DNA of 63,079 nucleotides, the filler included. It is 5 parts of 5 records of this genome, joined end to end, with 100 filler letters (N's around TTAATTAATTAA, not from the genome) between each part and the next. Parts side by side here need not be neighbours in the genome. Positions count along the whole stretch, not along the records: positions 41,489 to 53,550 come from SRR31156797_34484; 4 more parts are not named here. One strand, 5' to 3'. Positions 43,179 to 52,764 of the stretch are shown here, piece by piece. Position numbers and translations under genes: made by a program. Within the stretch, counting starts at the first letter, position 1; each line of letters opens with the position of its first letter. The notes below the pieces were generated by a model, which had not been told where the DNA came from, ran no database searches, and saw only the letters and a program-made list of their open reading frames with translations.

Positions 43179-43335
43179 ACCCGTTCCTTTCCTTTTACGA
43201 CCGCCGATTTCGCCGCAATGATAATCGAACCCAGCTTGTTTTTTCAGGAAATCGAAAATGGCTGGGTGTGACGGGCATCACCGATAAGTAGCAGTTCAGC
43301 CGTCACAATATCGAGATCCGATTGGACGGTGGGCC

Positions 43336-43683
43336 ATGCAAGAGTACGGTATTCCGAATGCCATTCGGGACGAAAATCTTCGGCTTGTTCTGGCACGCGA
43401 GGAAAAACAGTTCATTGTCAGTGAATTGGCGCATTCGCGACAGGTTATGGTTATGTCGCTGGCGGTGTTGTGTGCCGGTCTATCGTTGATGGCCGGAATC
43501 GCGTTGGCTTTCCCATTCGAAGAAAAATCCGGCCTGACGCTGGTTGGCGTCGGGCTGGTTGGTGTCATTCTGGTTTCCGCCGGCGTTGTTGCGGCATGCC
43601 TAAGGTACCGCCGGTTCCGGAATTACGAACGGGATTTCCGAGCCTTCCTGGAAAAATACGACCGCGCCTGGGACAGTTTCTAG
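43336..43683 (+). CDS. Hypothetical 2-TM protein
   Basis: 115 aa with two hydrophobic helices; fills the space between flanking genes. Confidence 0.55.
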   Translation: MQEYGIPNAIRDENLRLVLAREEKQFIVSELAHSRQVMVMSLAVLCAGLSLMAGIALAFPFEEKSGLTLVGVGLVGVILVSAGVVAACLRYRRFRNYERDFRAFLEKYDRAWDSF

Positions 43684-43767
43684 CCCTGATTATTCACCTT
43701 GCGACGGCGATCAACGCTACGTGCGGCACGCTCGTGCCGTTCGTCAATTCATTCAACCGGCGCTCCG

Positions 43768-45093
43768 TCATCCCATGAATTGCGGCATCACCCATCTCGG
43801 CAGTGCCAGGACCAAATCGGGAAAGAAGACGACGAAAAGCAGAACCCCAACCATCGGTAACAGCACGATCGCAACATCCTTCAGTGCGTGAAGAATTTTT
43901 ATTTCTCCGATCGCGCACGCGATCATCAGACACAGGCCATAGGGCGGGGTTACCAACCCGAAAGCCAGGGAAATTACCCCGATGATGGCGAAGTGGACCG
44001 GATGAAGGCCTGCGTGTTCGGCCACGGGCCAAAGCACTGTACCAAGGATGATGATGGCGGGGATCGCGTCGATAAACATACCGATCACGAGGAAGGAAAT
44101 CGCGCAAATGAACCCGGTTGCATAGAACCCGGCGCCCCATCCGGCAAAGATCTCGACGATCGCTTCCGGAATTTTGTAATAGGCAAGAATCCAGCCGAAA
44201 GCGGAAGCGGTACCAATGCAAAATAGTGAAATCGAAGCAAAGCGTGCCGATTCATAAAGAACTTTCGGCATTCCCCGGAAACTCAGCGAACGATAAAGAA
44301 ACAGGCCAATCGCCATGGAATAGACGACCGCAACCACCGATGCCTCGGTCGGCGTGACAAAACCGCCGACGATTCCTCCGACAATGATCAAGGGCGTCAT
44401 GAGGGCGAAGAATGAACTGCCAAACGCCCGGACCAATTCTCTCAGGCTGGATTTCGAATAGACCGGATACCGATAAATCTTGGAATAGGCAAAAACGGTG
44501 ACCATCATCGATCCGGCAATCAGGAGGCCGGGAAGGACGCCGGCCAGGAAAAGTCCACCGATGGACACCGACATCAATCCACCCCAAACCACCATCAAAA
44601 TGCTCGGCGGAATGATCACACCCATGACCGACGAACAGGCCGTGATCGCCACAGTGAAACCGGTATCGTAGCCCTGCTTCTTCATCGCAGGGATCAACAA
44701 TGAACCGATGCCCGCCGCATCGGCGGTCGAAGATCCGGATATGCCGGCAAAAAACATGCTGACAACAACGTTGATGTGGCCCATTCCCCCCGGGAACCGG
44801 CCAACCATCGCCTGCGATAGTTTGATCAAACGGTCGGTAATGCCTGCGGAATTCATAAGGTTCGCCGCCAAGAGGAAAAACGGCACGGCGAGGATGACGA
44901 ATGCATTGTAGGACTTGAAGGTCTCGTACATCAGCAGAGTCGGGGTCATGCGTGCGTCAAAGAAAAACACCGGCACGCAGGCGATACCTAGGGCAAATGC
45001 CACCGGAACCCGAATGACGACAAGAATGCCGAATAGCGAGAATAGTATCGCAGCCACATGGTACGGGTTCATTCCCGTCTCTTCGAGTGTCAT
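43768..45093 (-). CDS. TRAP transporter large permease DctM
   Basis: AVPFF, GISGSSTADAA, IIPPS, TPTEA and TPPYG motifs. Confidence 0.95.
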   Translation of the reverse strand: MTLEETGMNPYHVAAILFSLFGILVVIRVPVAFALGIACVPVFFFDARMTPTLLMYETFKSYNAFVILAVPFFLLAANLMNSAGITDRLIKLSQAMVGRFPGGMGHINVVVSMFFAGISGSSTADAAGIGSLLIPAMKKQGYDTGFTVAITACSSVMGVIIPPSILMVVWGGLMSVSIGGLFLAGVLPGLLIAGSMMVTVFAYSKIYRYPVYSKSSLRELVRAFGSSFFALMTPLIIVGGIVGGFVTPTEASVVAVVYSMAIGLFLYRSLSFRGMPKVLYESARFASISLFCIGTASAFGWILAYYKIPEAIVEIFAGWGAGFYATGFICAISFLVIGMFIDAIPAIIILGTVLWPVAEHAGLHPVHFAIIGVISLAFGLVTPPYGLCLMIACAIGEIKILHALKDVAIVLLPMVGVLLFVVFFPDLVLALPRWVMPQFMG

Positions 45094-45593
45094 TGGTCTG
45101 GCTCCATCGCCGCTAAATCCGGATTTCGAATTCGGCTCAAGTCTTCGACTATTTTTTCAATAAGGAATACCGACCACGTAGCCCCTGCCAAAGGCCAAGC
45201 ACCGTAGATCCACATGAGCGGCAATTCGGCGATTTCCGACTCCTGGAAACGGGCGAATACGAAAAACTCCCAACCGAAAACCACAAAGACGATCGCGAAA
45301 AAAAACATCAACAAATGGACGAACAATGCGGCCAGCGCCTGCCCGCGTTCATTTCGCGATTTTGGCAACAGATCGACGTCGAAATGGGTTCCGTCCCGAA
45401 CTGCGATCATGGACCCAACCATGACGATCCAGATAAAGCAGAACCGCGCGACCTCTTCGGTCCAAATATAGCGGGGCACAAGTCCGGTATAGCGGGACAG
45501 CACTTGCATGCTGACGGGCAGGATCAAGAGGCCCATAAGCACGGTCAACAGGATCTGAAGGACGCGATAATAGTGGTTGAGTATTTTTTTCAT
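45090..45593 (-). CDS. TRAP transporter small permease DctQ
   Basis: QVLSRY, WTEEVARF and HF.VD motifs; four TM helices. Confidence 0.92.
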   Translation of the reverse strand: MKKILNHYYRVLQILLTVLMGLLILPVSMQVLSRYTGLVPRYIWTEEVARFCFIWIVMVGSMIAVRDGTHFDVDLLPKSRNERGQALAALFVHLLMFFFAIVFVVFGWEFFVFARFQESEIAELPLMWIYGAWPLAGATWSVFLIEKIVEDLSRIRNPDLAAMEPDQ

Positions 45594-45684
45594 TTTCCTG
45601 AATGCTTCAAATGAAGGGATAGCGACCGGGCCGGCACCCTTTTGGCACCAGCCCGGCCCCCCGGAGGTCAACGAGGAAAACTCA

Positions 45685-46674
45685 TCACTTGACGGCATCC
45701 AGTTTGTTTAAAAACTCACTGGCATTGACTTCGGCAGCGAAAGCCTGGCGAACAGGATCGGCAAGTTCCAGAAGCTTCCCTCGCTCGCTGAAGTCATGGG
45801 TCTTCAGCCACTTTTTCTTTTCCATATCGGCAAGCATGGCAGCATCCTCTGTGGATTCTGCGTTGCGGCCAAAGGCTCCGGCTTCGCGCCCGGCCTTGAC
45901 GACCGCCTTTTGAAGCGCCGCCGGCAGTTTGCGATATGTTTTTCCCGAGAAACAAAGCGGCCTGATTGTAATTGCATGTTTGGTCAAACCGATATCGGGG
46001 CCGACTTCGTAGAATTTCATCTTACTGATACCGGCCGCCTCATTCTCGGCAGCGTCGATAACGCCGGTTTGCATCGCGTTATAGACCTCGGCGAAAGCAA
46101 TTACCGTCGGCGCGGCACCGATGGCCTCAAACATGCGGGTTTGAATAGGTGCCCCCATGACGCGAATCGGGAGCCCTTTTAGTTCAGCCATGTTGGTTAC
46201 CGGCCGTTTGACGATCAGCTGCCTTGTCCCGCCGCCGGCGTATCCGATCATGAGAATGTCGGCGCGTTTTTTTACATCGTCATAAATCGGCTTCATCACA
46301 CCCTCATCGGATAAAACCTTGTTCCAGTGATCCATGTCACGAAACAGGAAGGGCATATCCATGATGGTGGCCATCTTTGTGAATGTGGACATGTGTGAAG
46401 GCGCAACGATGGCGTAGTCGACCGAGAAGCCTTGATTCATGTAGGCCACATAGTCCTTCTCGAGTCCGATCTCCTGGTTCTTATGCATGACGAACTTGAC
46501 GTCGCCATCGTAGTATTGTCCGACCAAGTCGGCGAATTTCTGCATTGTCCGGTTAAAAACGTGAGCTTCGTCAAACTGCGACGCTCCGTGCAGCGTGATC
46601 TGGGCGGCGTTGACCCCGGTTGTGCCAAGCGCAATCACCCCGATTGAAATCAAGATTGATTTGATCGATCTCAT
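45685..46674 (-). CDS. TRAP substrate-binding protein DctP
   Basis: Signal peptide, PFLF, LKGLPIRV and EVYNAMQTGVIDAAEN; AGGAGG RBS. Confidence 0.93.
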   Translation of the reverse strand: MRSIKSILISIGVIALGTTGVNAAQITLHGASQFDEAHVFNRTMQKFADLVGQYYDGDVKFVMHKNQEIGLEKDYVAYMNQGFSVDYAIVAPSHMSTFTKMATIMDMPFLFRDMDHWNKVLSDEGVMKPIYDDVKKRADILMIGYAGGGTRQLIVKRPVTNMAELKGLPIRVMGAPIQTRMFEAIGAAPTVIAFAEVYNAMQTGVIDAAENEAAGISKMKFYEVGPDIGLTKHAITIRPLCFSGKTYRKLPAALQKAVVKAGREAGAFGRNAESTEDAAMLADMEKKKWLKTHDFSERGKLLELADPVRQAFAAEVNASEFLNKLDAVK

Positions 46675-47095
46675 TTTTTTCCTCCTATTCAATGTCACGT
46701 TTCTTTGCTTGTTCCAGTTTTATTGGTCGTTCCGATAAACCTGAGTGGGTGGCATATTTTTTTAGTATTTTTTGATCGATCTAATTTTGCGATGCAGTCT
46801 TCCGTTAACGGAATCCCATATGGCCAGTTCAGGATAAATATTATTGTTTTTAATAGTTTACCTGAATTTGAGCTCCCTACGGCTTGCCGCAATAAGCTGT
46901 ATCAACGAGGGGAGAAGGCACCTAAAGCGGCTTCAATCATACTCATATCCAGGAAAAAATTAGATCGATCAAATTTTTAATTCCAGACTGTTTTCTCCCC
47001 TTCTCCAAAGCCGACGGCTTTTTTGCTTCGGTTGAGAAAGCGCTTTTACAGCTTATTTTTTTGGTAGTGCCTAGATTGTATTTGATCGATCAAAT
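46659..47095. promoter_or_regulatory. Four LacI-type operator palindromes (consensus TTTGATCGATCAAA)
   Basis: Copies at 46659-46674, 46771-46784, 46960-46973 and a perfect ATTTGATCGATCAAAT at 47080-47095. Confidence 0.75.
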
Positions 47096-47266
47096 CGAGT
47101 CAAGAATTCAACTCGACTTGACGTTTTTTCGGACGGCCAACCGGCATCGATCACCCCCCGGAAATGGAGCAAACGCTGCCGATGCGACAGGAAAAAACCT
47201 TACAGCACAAAATGTCGGCCGCTTTGCATTCGGGGTGTCCGAAGAAACGGATTTAGGGTGGATTGT

Positions 47267-48328
47267 TCAATCGGAAGAACCGGAATCACCACCACAGGAT
47301 TCGCGAACAACAAGACGGGGGGCGATGATAATACGTTCGGGTGCATCGTCCGGAAGGGCAATTCGCCTTATGATCAGGTCCGCCGCCGCCCTGGCAACCC
47401 GTTCGGGCGGGATGGATATCGTCGTCAATCCAGGACGAAGGAAAGCCAGATCGGGACGGTTGTCGAATCCGACGACGGCAAAGTCCTTCCCCGGCACAAT
47501 GCCTTGATCGTGCAACGCCCCCATAACGCCGCAGGCCACATGGTCGTTGAAGCAGATGGCACTGGTCGGTGCCGGCCGTCTCGACAGCGCTTCGACGAGG
47601 GCGCGCGAAGCATCGACGGGGTCGACGATACAGGGAACGATATGAATATTACCGGCGAACCCATGACGCTCCATGGCATTTCGATACCCGGCCTGCCGTT
47701 CGATCGAGGCGGAATGGTGTTCGCCACCGCCGATAAAAGCGATGCGTTCATGACCGAGCGAAACCAGATGATCGACCGCCATGCTGACCCCGTTGACATG
47801 ATCCTGTCCGACGAAATCGGTTTCAGCGCCCAAAACGTGCCGTGTCGCCTGGACAAAAGGCACGTTCCACTTTTTCAGCGAGAGAATAAGGCTTTCCGGG
47901 GTGTTGGCGGCGGGCGTCAGAATGATGCCCTCGACCGCTTCTTCGCGCATCCGCGTGACGATCCGTTCCTGCCGCGCCGGCGTTTCGGCCGAATTGCCGA
48001 AAAGGGAAACCCACCCCTCACTTTCGAGCGCGGCGTCGGCGCCCGAAGTGAACTCGGCGTAGAACGGATTGGTGATGTTGCAGATCACCAACCCGATCGT
48101 ATTGGTGCGGCGCGACCGCAGATAGGCGGCACCGCGGTCATAAACGTATCCCAGTTCATCGATGGCGCGCTCGACCCGTTGCCGGGTTTCTTCACGTACC
48201 AACGGGCTTTTGCGAAGCACCAGCGAGACCGTCCCGCGGGAAACGCCCGCGTAGGCGCCGATGTCCAGAAGCGTGACCTTCTTTCTCGGTTGCGAGCCTT
48301 GGGCCGGTGAAGTCGGTTTTTTCACCAT
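47267..48328 (-). CDS. LacI family transcriptional regulator
   Basis: TLLDIGAYAGVSRGTVS HTH, NPFYAE, ND.VA.G and VVGFD...LTTI. Confidence 0.95.
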   Translation of the reverse strand: MVKKPTSPAQGSQPRKKVTLLDIGAYAGVSRGTVSLVLRKSPLVREETRQRVERAIDELGYVYDRGAAYLRSRRTNTIGLVICNITNPFYAEFTSGADAALESEGWVSLFGNSAETPARQERIVTRMREEAVEGIILTPAANTPESLILSLKKWNVPFVQATRHVLGAETDFVGQDHVNGVSMAVDHLVSLGHERIAFIGGGEHHSASIERQAGYRNAMERHGFAGNIHIVPCIVDPVDASRALVEALSRRPAPTSAICFNDHVACGVMGALHDQGIVPGKDFAVVGFDNRPDLAFLRPGLTTISIPPERVARAAADLIIRRIALPDDAPERIIIAPRLVVRESCGGDSGSSD

Positions 48329-48447
48329 CGCCTTCCAATTTGTTTTGACCGTTCAAAACCCTAGAAATGAGCAATGCATCTGTCAAGGAAACGGGGTCAA
48401 CGATATTCTTGTGACCGGCGTCGAGATGCCGCCGACGGGGCGTCAAA

Positions 48448-49194
48448 CTACACCCAATCCGGCGGCGGAAGGGCTTGATAAGCGGTACGGAGCGCTTCGG
48501 ACCAGTAGTTTGAAATTTCCATGAAGTACGGATCGTGTTCCTCGATCCGCTTCATCATGGCGACCTTCAATCCGTCACGACGGTAAACCACCAAATCGAG
48601 CGGGCACCCCACCGACAAATTGGAGCGCAGGGTGGAATCCATCGAAATAAGGGCCAGCTTCACGCCATCCATAATCGTCGTATTCCCATAGTCCAGGGCC
48701 CGGTCCAGGATCGGCTTGCCGTATTTGTGCTCGCCGATTTGGAAAAACGGCGTATCCGGCGTCGCAGCGATGAAGTTCCCCGCCGTATAGACGTGGAACA
48801 GGCGCATGGTTCTTCCCGATATCTGCCCGCCCAACAGAAAAGACGCGGCAAACGGCGTTTCCTGGTTCTGCATGGCTTCGGCATCGATGTCATGAATTCG
48901 ACGTATGGCCTGGCCGACCAGGCGGGCGGCCTGGAACATCGACGGCACTCTAAGCATTGTCAGAGGCGTGCCTTCCGGGTCATCGGCCGGCGCCAGCCCC
49001 TCCTCGATCAGGTTGACCACTGCCTGCGTCACCGCGAGGTTGCCCGCCGTCATCAGCGTGATCACGCGTTCACCCGGATTTTCCCATACGTAGGTCTTCG
49101 AATATGTCGAAATGTCGTCGACCCCGGCATTGGTCCGGGTGTCGGCCAGCATCACCAGCCCGTCTTCGAGATACAATCCCACGCAATAAGTCAT
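48448..49194 (-). CDS. Proteasome-type Ntn protease (Anbu)
   Basis: MTYCVG (Thr1 nucleophile), DTRTNAGVD, AGNLA.TQ, QIGE.KYGKPILDR and SMDSTLRSNLSVG. Confidence 0.93.
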   Translation of the reverse strand: MTYCVGLYLEDGLVMLADTRTNAGVDDISTYSKTYVWENPGERVITLMTAGNLAVTQAVVNLIEEGLAPADDPEGTPLTMLRVPSMFQAARLVGQAIRRIHDIDAEAMQNQETPFAASFLLGGQISGRTMRLFHVYTAGNFIAATPDTPFFQIGEHKYGKPILDRALDYGNTTIMDGVKLALISMDSTLRSNLSVGCPLDLVVYRRDGLKVAMMKRIEEHDPYFMEISNYWSEALRTAYQALPPPDWV

Positions 49195-49267
49195 TTTTGA
49201 ATTACCGCCCTATCGGACCATCCGTGCCGGTCGAACGCACGAAATCCCCAAAAACCCGTTTTGTCTC

Positions 49268-50089
49268 CTACTGCGACGCACCACCGGTTTGGGCGACCTG
49301 CACGCTGACCGATAGGCTCTCGCCGCCACCGCCGCGCCGCACCCCGCGGACCGGCGCCGCCTCGCGGTAGTCCAGACCGACCGCGACGCGGACGTAATGA
49401 TCGGTCGCGCAGACCCGGTTGGCAACGTCAAAAGCAACCCAGCCGAGATCCGGAACCAGGGCCTCGGCCCAGGCATGGGCGGCTTCGCTTTTTTCGCCGG
49501 TGTCGTTATCCAGCAGATAGCCCGACACGTAGCGGGCCGGAATGTCGAGCGATCGTGCCCCGGCAATAAACACATGGGCGTGGTCCTGGCAGACACCGGC
49601 GCCATTGGCCATCGCTTCGATGGCGCTGGTCATGACGTGAGTCTCGCCGGTTCTGAATTCGATGGCGTCGCGAATCGCCGCCATCAGGCGGTGCAGGCAA
49701 TCAAGCTGGTTGTCGGCTGCATCCTGGGCGGACCGGGCCAGGGCGCGGATCGCCCCGTCGGGTTTCGTCTGTTCTGTCTGGCGCAAATAGAACACCGGCG
49801 GAAACGCTTCGAACGTACCGGTGAGAACGCCGCTGGTGTCGGCCGTATCGACCCGGCCACGCACACGAATTCGGACCTCCTGATGCGGCTTGTCGATAAC
49901 CAGGGTGTGGGTCAGGTTGCCGAAACTGTCGGTAAATCCGAGAGGCATGCCGGCGCCGACGGCCTCGACCGACCAGGACCGGATAAGCTGTCCGTCGAAG
50001 GGCTGCGGGGTTAGCCGCAGGCTCTGGATCGAATAGGTGACCGGCTGGTCGTAGGTATAGACCGTTTCGTGGTCAATGGTGATGCGCAT
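49268..50089 (-). CDS. Transglutaminase-like protein
   Basis: H.T.Y.Y start; GVCQDHAH, ARYVSGY, HAWAE and FD (Cys-His-Asp triad); real start at ATG 50089. Confidence 0.93.
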   Translation of the reverse strand: MRITIDHETVYTYDQPVTYSIQSLRLTPQPFDGQLIRSWSVEAVGAGMPLGFTDSFGNLTHTLVIDKPHQEVRIRVRGRVDTADTSGVLTGTFEAFPPVFYLRQTEQTKPDGAIRALARSAQDAADNQLDCLHRLMAAIRDAIEFRTGETHVMTSAIEAMANGAGVCQDHAHVFIAGARSLDIPARYVSGYLLDNDTGEKSEAAHAWAEALVPDLGWVAFDVANRVCATDHYVRVAVGLDYREAAPVRGVRRGGGGESLSVSVQVAQTGGASQ

Positions 50090-50106
50090 GCGCCCCTGGC
50101 CCCGCC

Positions 50107-51057
50107 CTACAAATAGAAGTGAAAGTTGTCGGCGATTTCCGTCCCCAACGCGTCGTTGCGGGCCAGGAAATCGGACAGGTGTTCGTGCAGGCCGCGCTGG
50201 ATCACGTCCTCGATCTTGCTGTAGCTGAGTTGGGAATGCAGCTGCCCGGCAAGCCGGACGCAATTGTAATTCTGCCTGTGTCCGCTGGTGATGACATCCA
50301 GATACCGCGTCACCTGGGACAGGGAATAGATCAGGGAGCGCGGCATCTCGGGGCGCAGAATCAACAACTCCGCGACCAGCCATGGCTTGATCGAATCCCG
50401 ATAGACCCAATGATACGACCCCAGCGCCGAGACCGAGCGCAGAACCGTCGACCATTGGTAATAGTCCGTCGAACCGCCGACCTCTTCGCCGGCCGGAAGC
50501 AGGATGTGGTACTTCACGTCCAGGATCCTGGCCGTATTGTCGGCGCGCTCGACGAAGATACCCAGGTTGACGAAGGCATAGGCCTCGTCGTGCAGCATGG
50601 TGCCGACCATGGCGCCGCGGAACAGGGTGGTACGGGTCTTCACCCATTCGAGGAACGTCAGCAGGTTTTCCCGTTTCAGCGATTTGCTCCACTGGCCGTT
50701 GAACTCCAGCCATGAATCGTTGAGGCTTTCCCACATTTCGGCGGTCAGCGCCGTGCGCACGGCACGGCCGTTGGTGCGGGCGGTTTTCAGGCAGGAATGG
50801 ATCGACGACGGATTTTCCTCGTCGAGAATGATATAGGCGATCGCCGCGTCCAGGGTCGCCTCGCCGTGTTTCTCGATCATTCCGGCGTCGCTGGCCGCCG
50901 CCACCGCCGAGGAAAGCCATTCGTTCCGGTTGCCGCCGTGTTCCCAGTCCGGCATCTGGCTCATCCGGTAACCGACTTCCAGGGTGCGGGCCAGGTTCTC
51001 GGCGCGCTCCATATAGCGCCCAAGCCAAAACAGGTTGGCGGCGGTGCGGCTAAGCAT
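50107..51057 (-). CDS. Alpha-E domain protein (DUF403)
   Basis: MLSRTA..LFWLGRYMERAEN.AR and ERAD.TARILDVKY; PRSL. Confidence 0.93.
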   Translation of the reverse strand: MLSRTAANLFWLGRYMERAENLARTLEVGYRMSQMPDWEHGGNRNEWLSSAVAAASDAGMIEKHGEATLDAAIAYIILDEENPSSIHSCLKTARTNGRAVRTALTAEMWESLNDSWLEFNGQWSKSLKRENLLTFLEWVKTRTTLFRGAMVGTMLHDEAYAFVNLGIFVERADNTARILDVKYHILLPAGEEVGGSTDYYQWSTVLRSVSALGSYHWVYRDSIKPWLVAELLILRPEMPRSLIYSLSQVTRYLDVITSGHRQNYNCVRLAGQLHSQLSYSKIEDVIQRGLHEHLSDFLARNDALGTEIADNFHFYL

Positions 51058-52507
51058 TGGGCTCACCCCCGTCTTCCAGCACCCAGGTATCCTTGGTTCC
51101 GCCGCCTTGCGACGAATTGACGACCAGCGATCCGGCGCGCATGGCGACCCGGGTCAAACCGCCGGGAACCAGGCGCACCTTGTCCGCTCCGACCAGCACG
51201 TAAGGCCTCAGATCGACGTGGCGCGGCGCATAGCCGTCGGCGACATAGGTCGGGCAGGTCGACAGCGCCAAGGTCGGCTGGGCGATAAATTCGCCGGGCT
51301 CGGCCTTGATCCGTTCGGCGTATGCGGCGCGTTCGGCCGCCGTCGCCTTCGGCCCGACCAGCATGCCGTAGCCGCCGGAACCGGCAACCTCCTTGACGAC
51401 CAGTTCGTCGAGATGATCCAGCACGTATTTCAAATCGTCCTCGTCGGCGCACCAATAGGTCGGCACGTTCTTCAGCAACGGCTCCTCGCCCAGATAGAAG
51501 CGGATCATCTCCGGCACGTACATGTAGATCGCCTTGTCGTCGCCGACACCGCCGCCAACCGCGTTCGCCAGCGTCACCCCGCCGGCCCGATAGACGTTCA
51601 TCAGGCCCGGCACGCCGAGCGCGCTGTCCGGGCGGAAAGCCAGCGGGTCCAGGAAGGCGTCGTCGATGCGCCGATAGATCACGTCGACCCGCTGCGGCCC
51701 GCCGGTCGTGCGCATGAAAACCGCGTTGTCCTTGACGAACAGGTCGTGCCCCTCGACCAGTTCGACGCCCATCTTGTCGGCCAGGAAGGTGTGTTCGTAG
51801 TAGGCCGAATTGAAAAGGCCGGGCGACAGCACGACGATGGTCGGCTCGCCTTCGCACGTAACGGGCGCGACCGATTTCAGGCTGTCGTGCAGATCGTCGG
51901 TATAGCGCTCAACCGGGGCGACCCGGTGCTCGTTGAACAGATCCGGGAACAGCCGCATCATCACTTCCCGGTTCTGCAGCATGTAGGAAACGCCCGAAGG
52001 CGTTCGGGTATTGTCCTCGAGCACGTAGAAATCCTCGGGCCCGGTGCGGACCAGATCGATACCGGCGATGTGGGTATAGACCCCGCCCGGCACACGGACG
52101 CCCCGCATCTCGGGCAGATAGGCCTTGTTCAGCAGGACCAGGCGTTCGGGAATCTTGCCGGCGGCGATGATTTCACAGTCGTGATAGACGTCGTGCAGGA
52201 ACATGTTGAGGGCCCGGACCCGCTGTTCCAGGCCGCGCGACAGGAAGTCCCATTCCTTGGCCAGCAGAACCCGGGGCACCAGGTCGAAGGGGATCAGGCG
52301 CTCGGGATCGCCGCCCTCGCCATAGACGGCAAAGGTGATGCCGATCCGGCGGAACAACACTTCCGCTTCCATCTGCCGCACCTTCAGCATGTTGCGCGGC
52401 GCGTTGATCATCCATTCGCTCAGGCCCTCCATGCCGGGCCGGGGCGTGCCGTCGGGCAGGACGATTTCGTCGAATGCCGTGATCGGCGCCTTGTTGCCTT
52501 TGCTCAT
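51050..52507 (-). CDS. Circularly permuted type 2 ATP-grasp protein
   Basis: GITF.VY, LEDN.RTPSGVSY, NSAYYEH, YRRIDD..LDP, GSGGYG, DLRP and VVNSSQGGG.KDTW. Confidence 0.94.
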   Translation of the reverse strand: MSKGNKAPITAFDEIVLPDGTPRPGMEGLSEWMINAPRNMLKVRQMEAEVLFRRIGITFAVYGEGGDPERLIPFDLVPRVLLAKEWDFLSRGLEQRVRALNMFLHDVYHDCEIIAAGKIPERLVLLNKAYLPEMRGVRVPGGVYTHIAGIDLVRTGPEDFYVLEDNTRTPSGVSYMLQNREVMMRLFPDLFNEHRVAPVERYTDDLHDSLKSVAPVTCEGEPTIVVLSPGLFNSAYYEHTFLADKMGVELVEGHDLFVKDNAVFMRTTGGPQRVDVIYRRIDDAFLDPLAFRPDSALGVPGLMNVYRAGGVTLANAVGGGVGDDKAIYMYVPEMIRFYLGEEPLLKNVPTYWCADEDDLKYVLDHLDELVVKEVAGSGGYGMLVGPKATAAERAAYAERIKAEPGEFIAQPTLALSTCPTYVADGYAPRHVDLRPYVLVGADKVRLVPGGLTRVAMRAGSLVVNSSQGGGTKDTWVLEDGGEPNA

Positions 52508-52546
52508 TTCGATCGCCTGTCCCAGCCTCGATGCCTCGGTAAGCAC

Positions 52547-52563
52547 AGCAATTCCGGTGCCAA
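52547..52563 (-). promoter_or_regulatory. Sigma54 (-24/-12) promoter of the ATP-grasp/Anbu operon
   Basis: Minus strand TTGGCACCGGAATTGCT = TGGCAC-N5-TTGC, about 40 nt upstream of the ATG. Confidence 0.8.
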
Positions 52564-52615
52564 CCCTGAAAAGCCCGGAGAACGGGCGGATTCAGGTATC
52601 GGGCACCGTCCATGC

Positions 52616-52663
52616 CGCCCAATAAATTGTCAGGAAACGGCCTGCCTGCGTATTAAATGGTCA
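52616..52663. promoter_or_regulatory. Tandem NtrC-like enhancer sites
   Basis: CGCCCAATAAATTGTCA (52616-52632) and TGCGTATTAAATGGTCA (52647-52663): 17-bp sites with AT-rich cores, offset by 31 bp. Confidence 0.55.
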
Positions 52664-52764
52664 CTCCGCAATACGGGTTTTAGGGGCAAACGGCGTCCGG
52701 CGCCCTGAATGTCCGCTCCGCCGAATGTCCCAACCGCCGTCCTGCTCAAGCCTTCAAAAGCGGC

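Noticed and set aside
49268..51028. 586-aa transglutaminase fusion in the ORF track
   Set aside because: The first 313 codons are an off-frame overlap of the alpha-E gene; the real protein starts at ATG 50089
47258..52708. Long plus-strand ORFs (350 aa at 47258, 557 aa at 51035 and others)
   Set aside because: Antisense shadows of well-supported minus-strand genes in GC-rich DNA, with no motifs of their own
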